Source: Terriglobia bacterium
GTDB taxonomy: Bacteria > Acidobacteriota > Terriglobia > UBA7540
Direction: 5' to 3'
Assembly: GCA_046705545.1 (NCBI GenBank)
Contig: JBJKQF010000303.1
Coordinates: 1-53,794 of the forward strand
DNA length: 53,794 nt
How positions within the stretch are numbered: position 1 is the first letter of the stretch; each line of letters starts with the position of its first letter. Of the stretch, positions 20,001 through 28,052 are shown piece by piece. The position numbers were made by a program, and so were the translations under genes. The notes beneath the pieces are model-generated. The model saw only the letters and a list, made by a program, of their open reading frames with translations, searched no databases and had not been told where the DNA came from.

Positions 20001-20185
20001 AGAAGGACGGCAGCTACGGCTACCTGGAGGCCATGAGGAAAGACAAACTCGAGTTGCATGCCGCACACAAGGTCATGGCGAAAAAGAACCTCCAGAAACA
20101 CGCCATACCGAAGGTCGACGCAAAAGCAAAACCACGGGCGCGCGCCGATCATAAAATGATTGCGGAAGAAAGACCCCTGCGGTAA
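17057..20185 (+). CDS. membrane-anchored multihaem (5x CXXCH) cytochrome-like protein fused to TPR repeats
   Basis: ATG at 17057 (the track start 17009 is GTG). About 5 N-terminal TM helices. CXXCH motifs at nt 17705, 17840, 17942, 18152 and 18299. TPR-like repeats at about 19300..19800. Confidence 0.8.
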   Translation: MADKAKDVQKRRRIGTILLLLILALALNSAYLAAYSTPDLFYVINALLHPVAGVLAAILLVVYLKRHRDYLASLSGRLSVALLGLAAGFGIYLIFVGMTQRHNLALYIHVGCSLGGLFFLLVRLRTWLRDHNVLIFSRPAWQMAGVGFVGALVFYGGAALYHHYDPNPEYIIKNPLTAPTSMYKEGGGKNSLMFPSSAQTANKGTIPREFFLNSKSCEPCHKDIYDQWSHSMHHFSSFNNQWYRKAIEYMQDTVGIKPSMWCAGCHDHALAFTDMMQKYPIRKIEFTPEGQAGLGCMSCHAIQRVTSTMGNGSYIMKYPPLDRYVSSKNPILRDLSYYAILLNPKPHRQAFFKPFLANHHEQARFCSACHKVHLDVPVNHYRWIRGFDDYDHWQASGVSGHSARSFYYPPKPLNCVNCHMPLVKSHDYGNINGYVNSHRFVAANTAVPTSHGDTSQVKDVKEFLKDAVTVDLFAIAAEPTGKSERPISSGLLGGAPQTSTMFAVGEESARGLESQEVTAVPPAKLMAPLNRGTAYLRRGETARVEVVVRTRKVGHFFPGGTVDAFDCWVELKGVDDKGHTVFWSGEVADNGKGPVDPGAHFYRSYSLDEQGNWINKRNAWAAHATVYVHLIPPGAADTVHFRIKVPKDCGDKITFTAKLNYRKFDWWNTQWAFAGRRDPYQKDRRTTLDYDNTEWLFNGNLSNVSAKVKEIPNVPIVVMSKDIATVPVRAASDQPFQQDIKLLPDDVYRWNDYGIGLLLQGDLKGAARAFKIVTKINPKYADGWVNVARALVQEGNVDQAIPYLKTAIGLNPELASAHYFMGLVYETKGKYPQAYDQFAKAAANHPVDRVVSNAMGRIRFLERKYAEAVKQFQHTLSIDPENLAAHYNLMLCYRGLQKNKESDHEEKLYLRFKANEIARAITGPFKRDNPDENNASQPIHEHVSISDENPTRLKFYWNYGQRWEWLPGKLGQEQLVALKRYKKDGSYGYLEAMRKDKLELHAAHKVMAKKNLQKHAIPKVDAKAKPRARADHKMIAEERPLR

Positions 20186-20257
20186 ATTCCAGACTGCCAG
20201 GACGCTTTTCCCGGGGCTACAACCTCCAAAACGAAAGGTTCACGAGTAGGAAATATT

Positions 20258-21961
20258 ATGGGTGATTCCTCGCGCCGTGATTTTCTGAAGAATTTTTTGA
20301 TGCTCGCAGGTGCGTCGCAAATCGGCGTCCCCGCCGGCCTTTTGGGCGCAGTGGCACCCACTGGAAGGCATTACCTGGACGTCACGGCTCAAGCGGGGAT
20401 CCACTTCATCCATAACAACGGCGCCTTCGGACAGAAATACCTGCCGGAAACCATGGGGTCTGGGTGCGCCTTCATCGATTACGATAACGACGGCAACCAG
20501 GACATCCTCTTGATCAATGGCACGGATTTCCCCGGCCACGTCCGCCGCCAGACCACCATGAAGCTGTATCACAACAACGGCAATGGAACCTTCACGGACG
20601 TTACTGCGCGAGCCCGTCTGAATATTCCCATGTACGGCATGGGCGTGGCCATTGGGGACTACGACAATGACGGATGGGATGATATCTACGTGACGGGCCT
20701 AGGCGAAGCCCGCCTCTTCCACAATCAGCACAACGGCACCTTCCGCGACGTCACCAAGGAAGCCGGGGTCAACAACACGGGCTTCGGCACCAGCGCTGCT
20801 TGGTTCGATTACGACCGCGACGGCAAGCTCGACCTCTTCGTCTGTAATTACGTCCAGTGGGAGCAAAAAAAGGACATCTACTGCACCCTGGACGGCCGCC
20901 ACAAGTCCTATTGCACTCCTGAAGCCTACAAGGGAGAGAGCTGCCGCCTGTTCCACAACCTGGGGAACGGCCGCTTTGAAGACGTCACCAAGAAGGCGGG
21001 CATTTACGACATGTCAGGTAAGAACCTGGGCGTGGCCATCGTCGATTACAACATGGACGGCTGGCCGGATATCGCGGTATCGGACGACACAGAGCCCAAC
21101 AAGCTTTACCGCAACAACCACAACGGGACGTTTACCCAGGATTCCGTTCAGGCCGGCATTGCTTATGACATGAACGGCATCGCGCGGGGCGCCATGGGCA
21201 TTGATGCCGCGGACTTCAACCGCTCCGGCTACCCCAGCCTGGCCATCGGCAACTTTTCCAACCAGATGCTGGGCCTCTACCAGAACGAAAAGCACAACTT
21301 CTTTATCGACATTGCACCCCAGTCAGCCATTGGGCAAGACAGCCGCTTAGCGCTGACTTTCGGCCTTTTCTTTTATGACTACAACCTTGACGGGCTTCAG
21401 GACCTGTTCGTGGCCAACGGCCACATTGAGCCCGACATTGCGCGCATCCAGGCTCAGGTCACCTATGCGGAGAGGCCGCTGCTATTCCGCGACGAGGGAA
21501 ATAGCCGCTTTCAAGAGGTTGGCAAACAGGTCGGCTTTACCCGGCAAATGGTGGCGCGGGGGGCGGCTTATGGGGATATCAACAACGATGGATACCCGGA
21601 CGTCCTGGTGACCACCAACAACGGTCCAGCCCATCTCTTCAAAAACACGGGACGGGACACGGCCAACGCCGTCCGCATCAAGACGGTGGGCACCCGCTCA
21701 AACCGCAACGGCATTGGCGCGGTGGCCCGGGTCCACTCGAACGGCGCCGTCAATTGGCAGACCGTCCACTCCGGATCCAGCTACTGCTCCCAGAGTGAAC
21801 TTCCGCTTACATTTGGGCTCAACAAAGCGGAATCTGCCGAAGAAGTTCACATCCTCTGGCCCAGCGGACAACAAGACGTGCTGAAGAATGTGAAAGCCAA
21901 CGCCACGTACACCATCCAGGAGGGTGGAAAGGTGCTCTCCACCCGCCCGTTTAAGCGGTAA
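20258..21961 (+). CDS. CRTAC1 family protein (FG-GAP/VCBS plus ASPIC/UnbV-like), Tat signal; paralog of 14943..16691
   Basis: Tat motif SRRDFLKNFLMLAG. Same repeat units as the first paralog, and by eye roughly 60% identical to it over the N-terminal half. Confidence 0.85.
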   Translation: MGDSSRRDFLKNFLMLAGASQIGVPAGLLGAVAPTGRHYLDVTAQAGIHFIHNNGAFGQKYLPETMGSGCAFIDYDNDGNQDILLINGTDFPGHVRRQTTMKLYHNNGNGTFTDVTARARLNIPMYGMGVAIGDYDNDGWDDIYVTGLGEARLFHNQHNGTFRDVTKEAGVNNTGFGTSAAWFDYDRDGKLDLFVCNYVQWEQKKDIYCTLDGRHKSYCTPEAYKGESCRLFHNLGNGRFEDVTKKAGIYDMSGKNLGVAIVDYNMDGWPDIAVSDDTEPNKLYRNNHNGTFTQDSVQAGIAYDMNGIARGAMGIDAADFNRSGYPSLAIGNFSNQMLGLYQNEKHNFFIDIAPQSAIGQDSRLALTFGLFFYDYNLDGLQDLFVANGHIEPDIARIQAQVTYAERPLLFRDEGNSRFQEVGKQVGFTRQMVARGAAYGDINNDGYPDVLVTTNNGPAHLFKNTGRDTANAVRIKTVGTRSNRNGIGAVARVHSNGAVNWQTVHSGSSYCSQSELPLTFGLNKAESAEEVHILWPSGQQDVLKNVKANATYTIQEGGKVLSTRPFKR

Positions 21962-22015
21962 CCACAAGCCACCGGCATCGTTACGGAAGCGGCCAGGAAC
22001 CATCGCGCGCGGCCG

Positions 22016-23092
22016 CTACTCCCGGCGCGTTACTCCAGCGGCAATCCAGAATTTTCCGGGCTCGAACCCTGCATCGAGCGCGTAATTGTGGGCGAGAAGC
22101 TGAAGGATCACCACATCCACCAGAGTCCCAAGCCCTAAACGTATGGGTTCAACCTGGATCAGCCTCATATTGGTCACGTCTTCAACCGCGCGGTCAGACA
22201 GAAGCAGCACCCGGCCCCGGTGTGACCGGATATCTTCGGCCAGGCGTAGCATGAGCGCTGCGGTCTTCTGTCCCTGCGCGGTCGGCTGGGTTTGGCGGAT
22301 CAACATGATGTAGCAATGGGACGGGTTGACGATCTCGATGGGACCATGGCGAAACTGCGCGGCGCTCATGGGCTCCGCCGCCAGCCGGGCAACCTCTTTG
22401 AGCATCAAAGCTCCCTGGTAGGCGGAAGCCAAATCGGCGCCCCTCGACAGCAGAGCAACGTATGGAGGGTGATTGAAAAATTGCATCGTCGGGCGCATGA
22501 GAACATCTTGGCGATCGAGGATTTCTTCTTGCGCCTCCACGGCACGTTTGAGAGCGTGAGAAAGCGGCCGGTGATGCTGGCCTTCGAGGGCAAAAGCCAG
22601 GTACATCAGGACGGCAACGGCACAGGTATAGGTCTTTGTGCTCACGGCCGCTTGGACGCCAGCCATCATCGGTAACATCAAGTCCGCCCGCTTCGCAAGC
22701 AGGCTTCGCTCCATGTTCGTAACGGCCAGAATGCTTACTTTGGCAGGCAAGGCCTCCAGAAGACGGGCCACCTCCGCCGTTTCGCCGGATTGCGAAACAA
22801 CCACCAGAAGCGTGTCCGGCGTGAGGATTTTGAGGTGGTGGTGAACAAGTTCGGCGGTCTCCCAAATCAGGGCGCGGCGCCCCATCGCAGTCAGGTAAGC
22901 CTGCGCGGGATAGGCCGCATGCAGGGAAGATCCCATGCCGGTGAACAAGATGGTGGTTTGACGGGAGACCCCCAGCTTCTTCAGCACACTCCGGGAAATG
23001 GCGCCCGGGCTGGCATAGTATTTCCGAACATTCGCCAGGGCAGCGGGCTGCTGCAGGATTTCTTCCATCAACGGAGTCATGGCGTTAGGCAT
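22016..23092 (-). CDS. double-SIS-domain sugar phosphate isomerase/aminotransferase-like protein (GlmS C-terminal/FrlB/AgaS-like)
   Basis: Motifs GMGSS and VVVSQSGETAEV. 358 aa, with no glutaminase domain. Confidence 0.85.
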   Translation of the reverse strand: MPNAMTPLMEEILQQPAALANVRKYYASPGAISRSVLKKLGVSRQTTILFTGMGSSLHAAYPAQAYLTAMGRRALIWETAELVHHHLKILTPDTLLVVVSQSGETAEVARLLEALPAKVSILAVTNMERSLLAKRADLMLPMMAGVQAAVSTKTYTCAVAVLMYLAFALEGQHHRPLSHALKRAVEAQEEILDRQDVLMRPTMQFFNHPPYVALLSRGADLASAYQGALMLKEVARLAAEPMSAAQFRHGPIEIVNPSHCYIMLIRQTQPTAQGQKTAALMLRLAEDIRSHRGRVLLLSDRAVEDVTNMRLIQVEPIRLGLGTLVDVVILQLLAHNYALDAGFEPGKFWIAAGVTRRE

Positions 23093-23515
23093 AGCGGTCA
23101 GGCCATTGGGTGACGTGTCGGACGGAAGCGACTTCTCAAGGTTTCCGTCACCTTGCTGTTGCCGTTAGCGGTTGGCTAAAGATCCAGCCCGCCGCGTGCT
23201 TCAAAGCGCCAGGCTTGGTTCCGGAACTTGGGGTCTAACAGGTTGCCCACAGGCGTGAGGCTCCAAAGACCGGAGAGGGTTCTTTAACAAACCCCTACAA
23301 CTGCTTTGCTTTTCACTGGTGATTCTAACATCCGGTGCAAGTACCCGGCCAACAATCCTTTGCAATCAGGAGAACAGCTACACGGAGCAGATCAAAGAAA
23401 ATAGGGGGAAGACCTTGAGGAAAGAGCGTCCGGGGACACGACATCGCTCTCCGGCAAGTGAAGCGCTGAGGCTACAGGACGGACAAAACTGAGGGGTCGC
23501 TTAAAAGCGAGATTA

Positions 23516-23538
23516 GGAGCCGGAGATTATCCGGCTCC
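23516..23538 (-). terminator. candidate intrinsic terminator of the cold-shock gene
   Basis: 9-bp stem GGAGCCGGA/TCCGGCTCC with a 5-nt loop, 14 nt past the csp stop. On the minus strand a moderately U-rich tail follows (UAAUCUCGCUUUU). Confidence 0.5.
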
Positions 23539-23551
23539 AATCAACCTAGAG

Positions 23552-23764
23552 TTATAGCTGAACAACGTTTGCCGCTTGGAGTCCTTTGGGGCCTTTGACC
23601 ACCTCAAACTCTACCGAGGCACCTTCTTGCAGGCTGCGGTAACCGTCACCCTGGATCGCAGAAAAGTGGACGAACACATCCTCACCACCTTGCCGCTGGA
23701 TAAAACCATAGCCCTTGCTGGCGTTGAACCACTTTACGGTTCCTTGTTCGCGATTTTCACTCAC
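23552..23764 (-). CDS. csp: cold-shock protein (CspA family)
   Basis: 70 aa with RNP motifs KGYGFI and VFVHF. GTG start, with GGAG 11 nt upstream. Confidence 0.95.
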   Translation of the reverse strand: MSENREQGTVKWFNASKGYGFIQRQGGEDVFVHFSAIQGDGYRSLQEGASVEFEVVKGPKGLQAANVVQL

Positions 23765-23960
23765 GTTTACTTCTACTCCTTTTGGTAGTTGGCGCCGTCA
23801 ATTCTCTGCTTCTCCTCCAGGCTGACATACACAATCGGCTACGGTCTAACCCGCAATCCATTGAGTACAACTCGAAAGGTACACAGGGGCGACAAACGCC
23901 ACTTCATTCTGCCATAAGGTTACAATTTCAACAATTATTTTTCAGATTAAATTTGTGCCT
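23765..23960 (-). promoter_or_regulatory. probable csp promoter and long 5' leader
   Basis: AT-rich block at 23920..23960 with a minus-strand TTGAAA (23931..23926). It lies about 160 nt upstream of the start, consistent with the long csp leaders of other bacteria. The -10 element is not clear. Confidence 0.35.
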
Positions 23961-24076
23961 CACCGGAGGCCGTCTCCAGGGCTAAATTCCCCGGCCAAGC
24001 CCCGCCTAAAACCTTCGCTTCGGCAGGCCGCCAATCCCCCGGACCCCTTAGTCCTTTGAGGGTTGTGAGAATCGGT

Positions 24077-26500
24077 TCAGAAGCTTACCTTCAGCCGGAC
24101 GCCAAAGCTGCGAGGAGTGCTGACGGCCGTCCCGGAAAAGAGGCTTGCAAAGTTGATGACGTTGAGGTGGTTTGTAAGGTTTGAGCCGCGAACCTGAAGG
24201 CTCACCAACGCGTCGTTCTGGGCGTAGAGGTCAAGCCCCGCCGCAGCCCCGATGGAGTAAGATGGGCGTACGCGCCCGCGTGCGAAGTCCACTTGATTCA
24301 GTATTTTAGATCCATACTGCTGGAGGAGAAAGTTGTAGTCGATGTCGCCGGTATCCAGTTCAACCGGCAAGCCGCTTCCATAGGAGCTGCTGGTGGCCAG
24401 CCACAGCCGTTTGGTCGCCTGGTAACGCACCAGAGACCGCGCCGTATTGCGCTGGTCCTGGGAGACCCAGAAGTGGCTGGTGTCCGAAACGTCTGATATG
24501 GCTTGGGATCCGATCAGTAGCCCTCCGGTAATGGGTCCGCGGCCCACGCCTTCCTGGTTGGCGTAACTGAGGTAGCCCGAGAAACGATCCCAACGCGGCA
24601 GTTCCAGCTTGGTTTCAACACCTTCAATCCAAGCGCTTGCGTCCGCAATGGGAAAACTGACGCCGGTGTTGAGCAGGGTGTCATCATCAGGGTAGTTCCG
24701 GAAGTCCCTCCGGAAGACGTTGGCGTTCAGGCGAAGCTTCCCCCGGAAGCCTTTCGCAAATCCCACTTCATAGTAGTTTGCCCGCGCGGGCAAGACCGGC
24801 AGCCGCAGCACTAGGCCGCTGATCTGCTGAACTTGGGGAGAACTGGCCAGCAGCAGGTTCTCCATCGCAGGGGTCTGAAAAACGCGGTCGTAGGCGGCGT
24901 GGACCACAACTCCAATCGAGGTGAAATAGCGCGATGCAGCCACCCTTGGGCTCCAGGCGGATTTACGCACCACGAAGCCATAGTGATCGTAGCGCAGGCC
25001 CAAGCTTAGGTTCCAATGGTGACGGCGGATCTCATCCTGGGCAAATGCGGCGGGCTCAGCGTCCGTACGCCGTCCCTGAAAAGCAAACTGCAAGTTGGTT
25101 CCCGGGTCAAACTGCGAAGGGTCTGTGATCGCGTAGTTGAGCGCTTCATGCACCGGGCTCAAGATCATGTCCGCGCCTATCTTCCAGTCCTGGGCGCCAT
25201 GGTGGCCCGCCAGAGTGACGCGTCCGTACCCCTGCCGAAAACCCCTCTGCTGCCCGATCACGATAGGCGTGCTGAACGAATTCGACCAGAGGCGGAAAGA
25301 GTCATCCCGCACGCTGCCTTCAGCCCGAAACAGGAGGTTGGGAGAAAGAACCCGCTCATAATCAGCTTGGCCGCTCGTTTCCACATCCGCGCTGTCCTGC
25401 CGCTGCCCCGCCGCCTGCTGCACCTTCTCATTGGGAACAAGATACCGAACCTGGGCGTGCCGAAAAGAAAGCCGCAGACGGTCATGGTCCGTCAAATCTC
25501 GCGTGTAACTTCCCGTGATTCCTCCCGTTGAGCCGCGATTCGTGAAGTTGTCAAGGACAGGAGGGTCCAGGTAACGATCCGTCACCCCTCCGGTACCCCC
25601 CAGGGTGAATTGGTTGGCCCCGCGTGCGTACCCCATCTGCGCGGAGCCAGTTGCAGTAGCAAAGCTGCCCCCCTCCCCGGTCGCGGTTAGATGCAGCCCA
25701 GGAGTCAGGTCGTCCCGCTCGATGACCTCTACCACCCCTCCCAGCTTGCGCCCGTATTCAGCGGGAAATCCCGCAGTCAGGACGCGCATGGATTCGACGC
25801 CCTGCGATTCCAGAGGGGGAGCATAAGCAGGTGAACGGTTCTCGGTGAGCGGAACGCCTGCCACAACAAATTGAACGGCATTTTCAGACCCGCGAGGATG
25901 CAGAATCCCGTTGGCCTCGTAGAGCCAGCCCGGCTCGTCGTCCACCAAGTTGGACAACCCCCGTCCCATTTGCGCGGGCATCTGTTCGTTGATGGCTTGC
26001 GGACCCACGACGTAAACGCTATTGGCGCGTTCCGGGTTCAACAACGTAGACGAGTCGGTCACGTTGACTTGGCTGTGAACCGGCGCCAAGCCCAGCACCA
26101 CCGTGACGCTGAGCGGAACTTCCGAACGAATCGTAATCAGCCGTTGCGTCGGACGAAATCCCTCATAGGTCACTCTCAGGCGATAGACGCCAAAAGGAAG
26201 TTCCCGAGCCACGTATTTCCCGTCCCGCCGGGTGAGAAACTTCCGATCAACGTGGTTGGCTTCGCTTACCAACTCAACGGTGGCCGCCAGCGGCCCACCC
26301 TTCGAATCCTCAACTTTGAGGCGTAGAGCGCCGCTTTCGTGCTGAGCGAAGACAGGAATCGAAGCGAGCATGGCGAGGCTGATGAGCCAAGCGAGGCAGC
26401 GCACAAGGGCTCTTGGCGTGCGTAGCCAATTCGTTTTCGGTAAAACAAGGGTGGAACAACAAAGGCCTGGAGCGGAGCCGGGAATTATCCGACGAGACAT
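24077..26500 (-). CDS. TonB-dependent receptor with N-terminal carboxypeptidase-regulatory-like domain
   Basis: Signal peptide, CarboxypepD_reg-like segment (LRLKVEDSKGGPLAATVELV), plug region, and a long beta-barrel ending in ...VRLKVSF. Confidence 0.85.
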   Translation of the reverse strand: MSRRIIPGSAPGLCCSTLVLPKTNWLRTPRALVRCLAWLISLAMLASIPVFAQHESGALRLKVEDSKGGPLAATVELVSEANHVDRKFLTRRDGKYVARELPFGVYRLRVTYEGFRPTQRLITIRSEVPLSVTVVLGLAPVHSQVNVTDSSTLLNPERANSVYVVGPQAINEQMPAQMGRGLSNLVDDEPGWLYEANGILHPRGSENAVQFVVAGVPLTENRSPAYAPPLESQGVESMRVLTAGFPAEYGRKLGGVVEVIERDDLTPGLHLTATGEGGSFATATGSAQMGYARGANQFTLGGTGGVTDRYLDPPVLDNFTNRGSTGGITGSYTRDLTDHDRLRLSFRHAQVRYLVPNEKVQQAAGQRQDSADVETSGQADYERVLSPNLLFRAEGSVRDDSFRLWSNSFSTPIVIGQQRGFRQGYGRVTLAGHHGAQDWKIGADMILSPVHEALNYAITDPSQFDPGTNLQFAFQGRRTDAEPAAFAQDEIRRHHWNLSLGLRYDHYGFVVRKSAWSPRVAASRYFTSIGVVVHAAYDRVFQTPAMENLLLASSPQVQQISGLVLRLPVLPARANYYEVGFAKGFRGKLRLNANVFRRDFRNYPDDDTLLNTGVSFPIADASAWIEGVETKLELPRWDRFSGYLSYANQEGVGRGPITGGLLIGSQAISDVSDTSHFWVSQDQRNTARSLVRYQATKRLWLATSSSYGSGLPVELDTGDIDYNFLLQQYGSKILNQVDFARGRVRPSYSIGAAAGLDLYAQNDALVSLQVRGSNLTNHLNVINFASLFSGTAVSTPRSFGVRLKVSF

Positions 26501-27270
26501 GCTTCCTCGACCAGAATGGCGTGGACCTCCCGAGGGCCATGAACGCCCCGTACGAGAATCTGTTCGATGTCGGCAGTGCGGCTGGGCCCCGTAACAAAAA
26601 CTGCAGAGCGCGCTGGGCTGGGCCGGGTAGGATCGCGTGAAACTGGCAAATTCTGCAGCACCTCGTCCAACGAGGCGCGAAGCTGGCTGCGCCGATAGAG
26701 GGCTACGTGCACGGGGGGAGCCAGCGATGCCAGTTGGCTGCCCTCCGTGAAACTGGTCAAAACCAGGCTACCCGTCTCCGCCAGCACAAAGTCGGCGCCG
26801 GTAATCCCCACCTCCGCGGCAAAGCTCGCTTCTCGAAATGCTTTGATTACAGTCAGTTCTGTCTAGCCCTGAGGCCAAACGGACACACTCTTGCCCCATT
26901 GCTCAAGCCGGGCCGCGAGTTGAAGCTGGCTGAGGAGCGGATTCCTGGAAAGTGCCACCATTTTCGCCTTTGATCGCTCCAGGATTGAGCGAAGAATTCC
27001 CTCCATCGAAGACAGGTTGGAGGCTCGATAAGCATCACAACCAAGGGACTTTAGCTCCTCCTCGAAGCGGCCTGCAAGCTGCTCGGCGGGAATCGTGGGC
27101 ATGACGTTCTCAAGAGGAGGCGGCAAAGGCTTACGTTGCGGCGAGGCATTGTTCTTCACATTTTTTTTCAATGCCTTAGCAACATCTCCCAGGAATTCTT
27201 GGCGTGTGGTCAACGGAAACCCTCCTGCAATCGGCCTTTTCAGGCTGAATCTCTCCCCAGATTCTACCAC
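26485..27270 (-). pseudogene. LutC/YkgG (LUD domain) family gene interrupted by one in-frame TAG
   Basis: ORFs 26863..27270 and 26485..26811 are in the same frame. They are separated only by a TAG at 26863..26865. The 17 codons after the TAG (TELTVIKAFREASFAAE) continue the family alignment into VGITGADFVLAETGSLVL ... GPSRTADIEQILVRGVHGP. Confidence 0.7.
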
Positions 27271-27424
27271 TTATGGGAACCGACAACCCTGCAATCGAAC
27301 AGAAAACAAGGGTCTTGAAGATTTTAGACTTTCGTGCTAAATTTTCGTGCAACCTTCGTCCTCTCCAAACCATCTGAAGTTTCGGATAGACGATTCAAAG
27401 GTCCCAAAAAAGGAAGGTTGAGCG

Positions 27425-27775
27425 ATGGCAGCAACATTGAAAACAAGAAACAATACGTATCGAACAATTCTGCTCAAGAAACGCCAGGAGCTGTTGGCCC
27501 ATACCAGAAGCGGCCCGGAAGCCCTTGCCGTGAGCGTCCAGTGCCCCGACGACATGGAATTTGCGGTGCAGACGGTTGAGCAGGATGTGAACGTCACTAC
27601 TGCAAGCGTCAGAACCCGCATGCTCAAGCAGATCGATCACGCTCTGCAACGAGTCGCTGGTGGGACCTACGGCGAGTGCCAAGCGTGTGGAGAACAGATT
27701 TCCTCCAACCGACTTAAGGCAGTTCCGTGGGCGGAATACTGCCTCACCTGTGAAGAGTTGCGCTCAAGAAACTAG
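27425..27775 (+). CDS. DksA/TraR-family C4 zinc-finger protein
   Basis: CQACGEQI...x17...CLTC zinc finger. Coiled-coil N-terminus. RBS AGGAAGG upstream. Confidence 0.85.
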   Translation: MAATLKTRNNTYRTILLKKRQELLAHTRSGPEALAVSVQCPDDMEFAVQTVEQDVNVTTASVRTRMLKQIDHALQRVAGGTYGECQACGEQISSNRLKAVPWAEYCLTCEELRSRN

Positions 27776-28052
27776 TTTCCCCTCCCTCAGGTTTGGATCC
27801 AAGGTGGCCGTGTGGCCACGAGGGAGGGTTGTATGTGCCGGGCAAGGGAAACCTAACTTTGCCCGGCAGGCTCCCGCCTGTCTGCGGGGAGAAGTGCGAC
27901 GCACCCCTGAATCCTCCCCTCATCCCCCGCACAGTTGTTGCTTCCAGCTCTTTGCGATAGAGTCTAGTCTTTGCTAATTTGCTTGCCTGAACGAGCAATC
28001 GTGTTCGGTCAAGAAATTCCGCAACCACCTTCTTACCCATGGGGGCACGAAA

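Noticed and set aside
18470-20152. 560-aa ORF antisense to the cytochrome-TPR gene.
   Set aside because: It is a typical stop-poor shadow frame of a GC-rich gene. The sequence is Arg/Val/Gly-rich and low-complexity, with no motifs and no RBS. The sense-strand protein has clear domains.
23417-23435. GAGGAAAG-AGCG-TCCGGGG, reminiscent of the RNase P RNA P4 region.
   Set aside because: There is a 4-nt insertion relative to the conserved GAGGAAAGUCCGGGC. Only about 100 nt remain before the csp gene, and no other RNase P conserved blocks are present.
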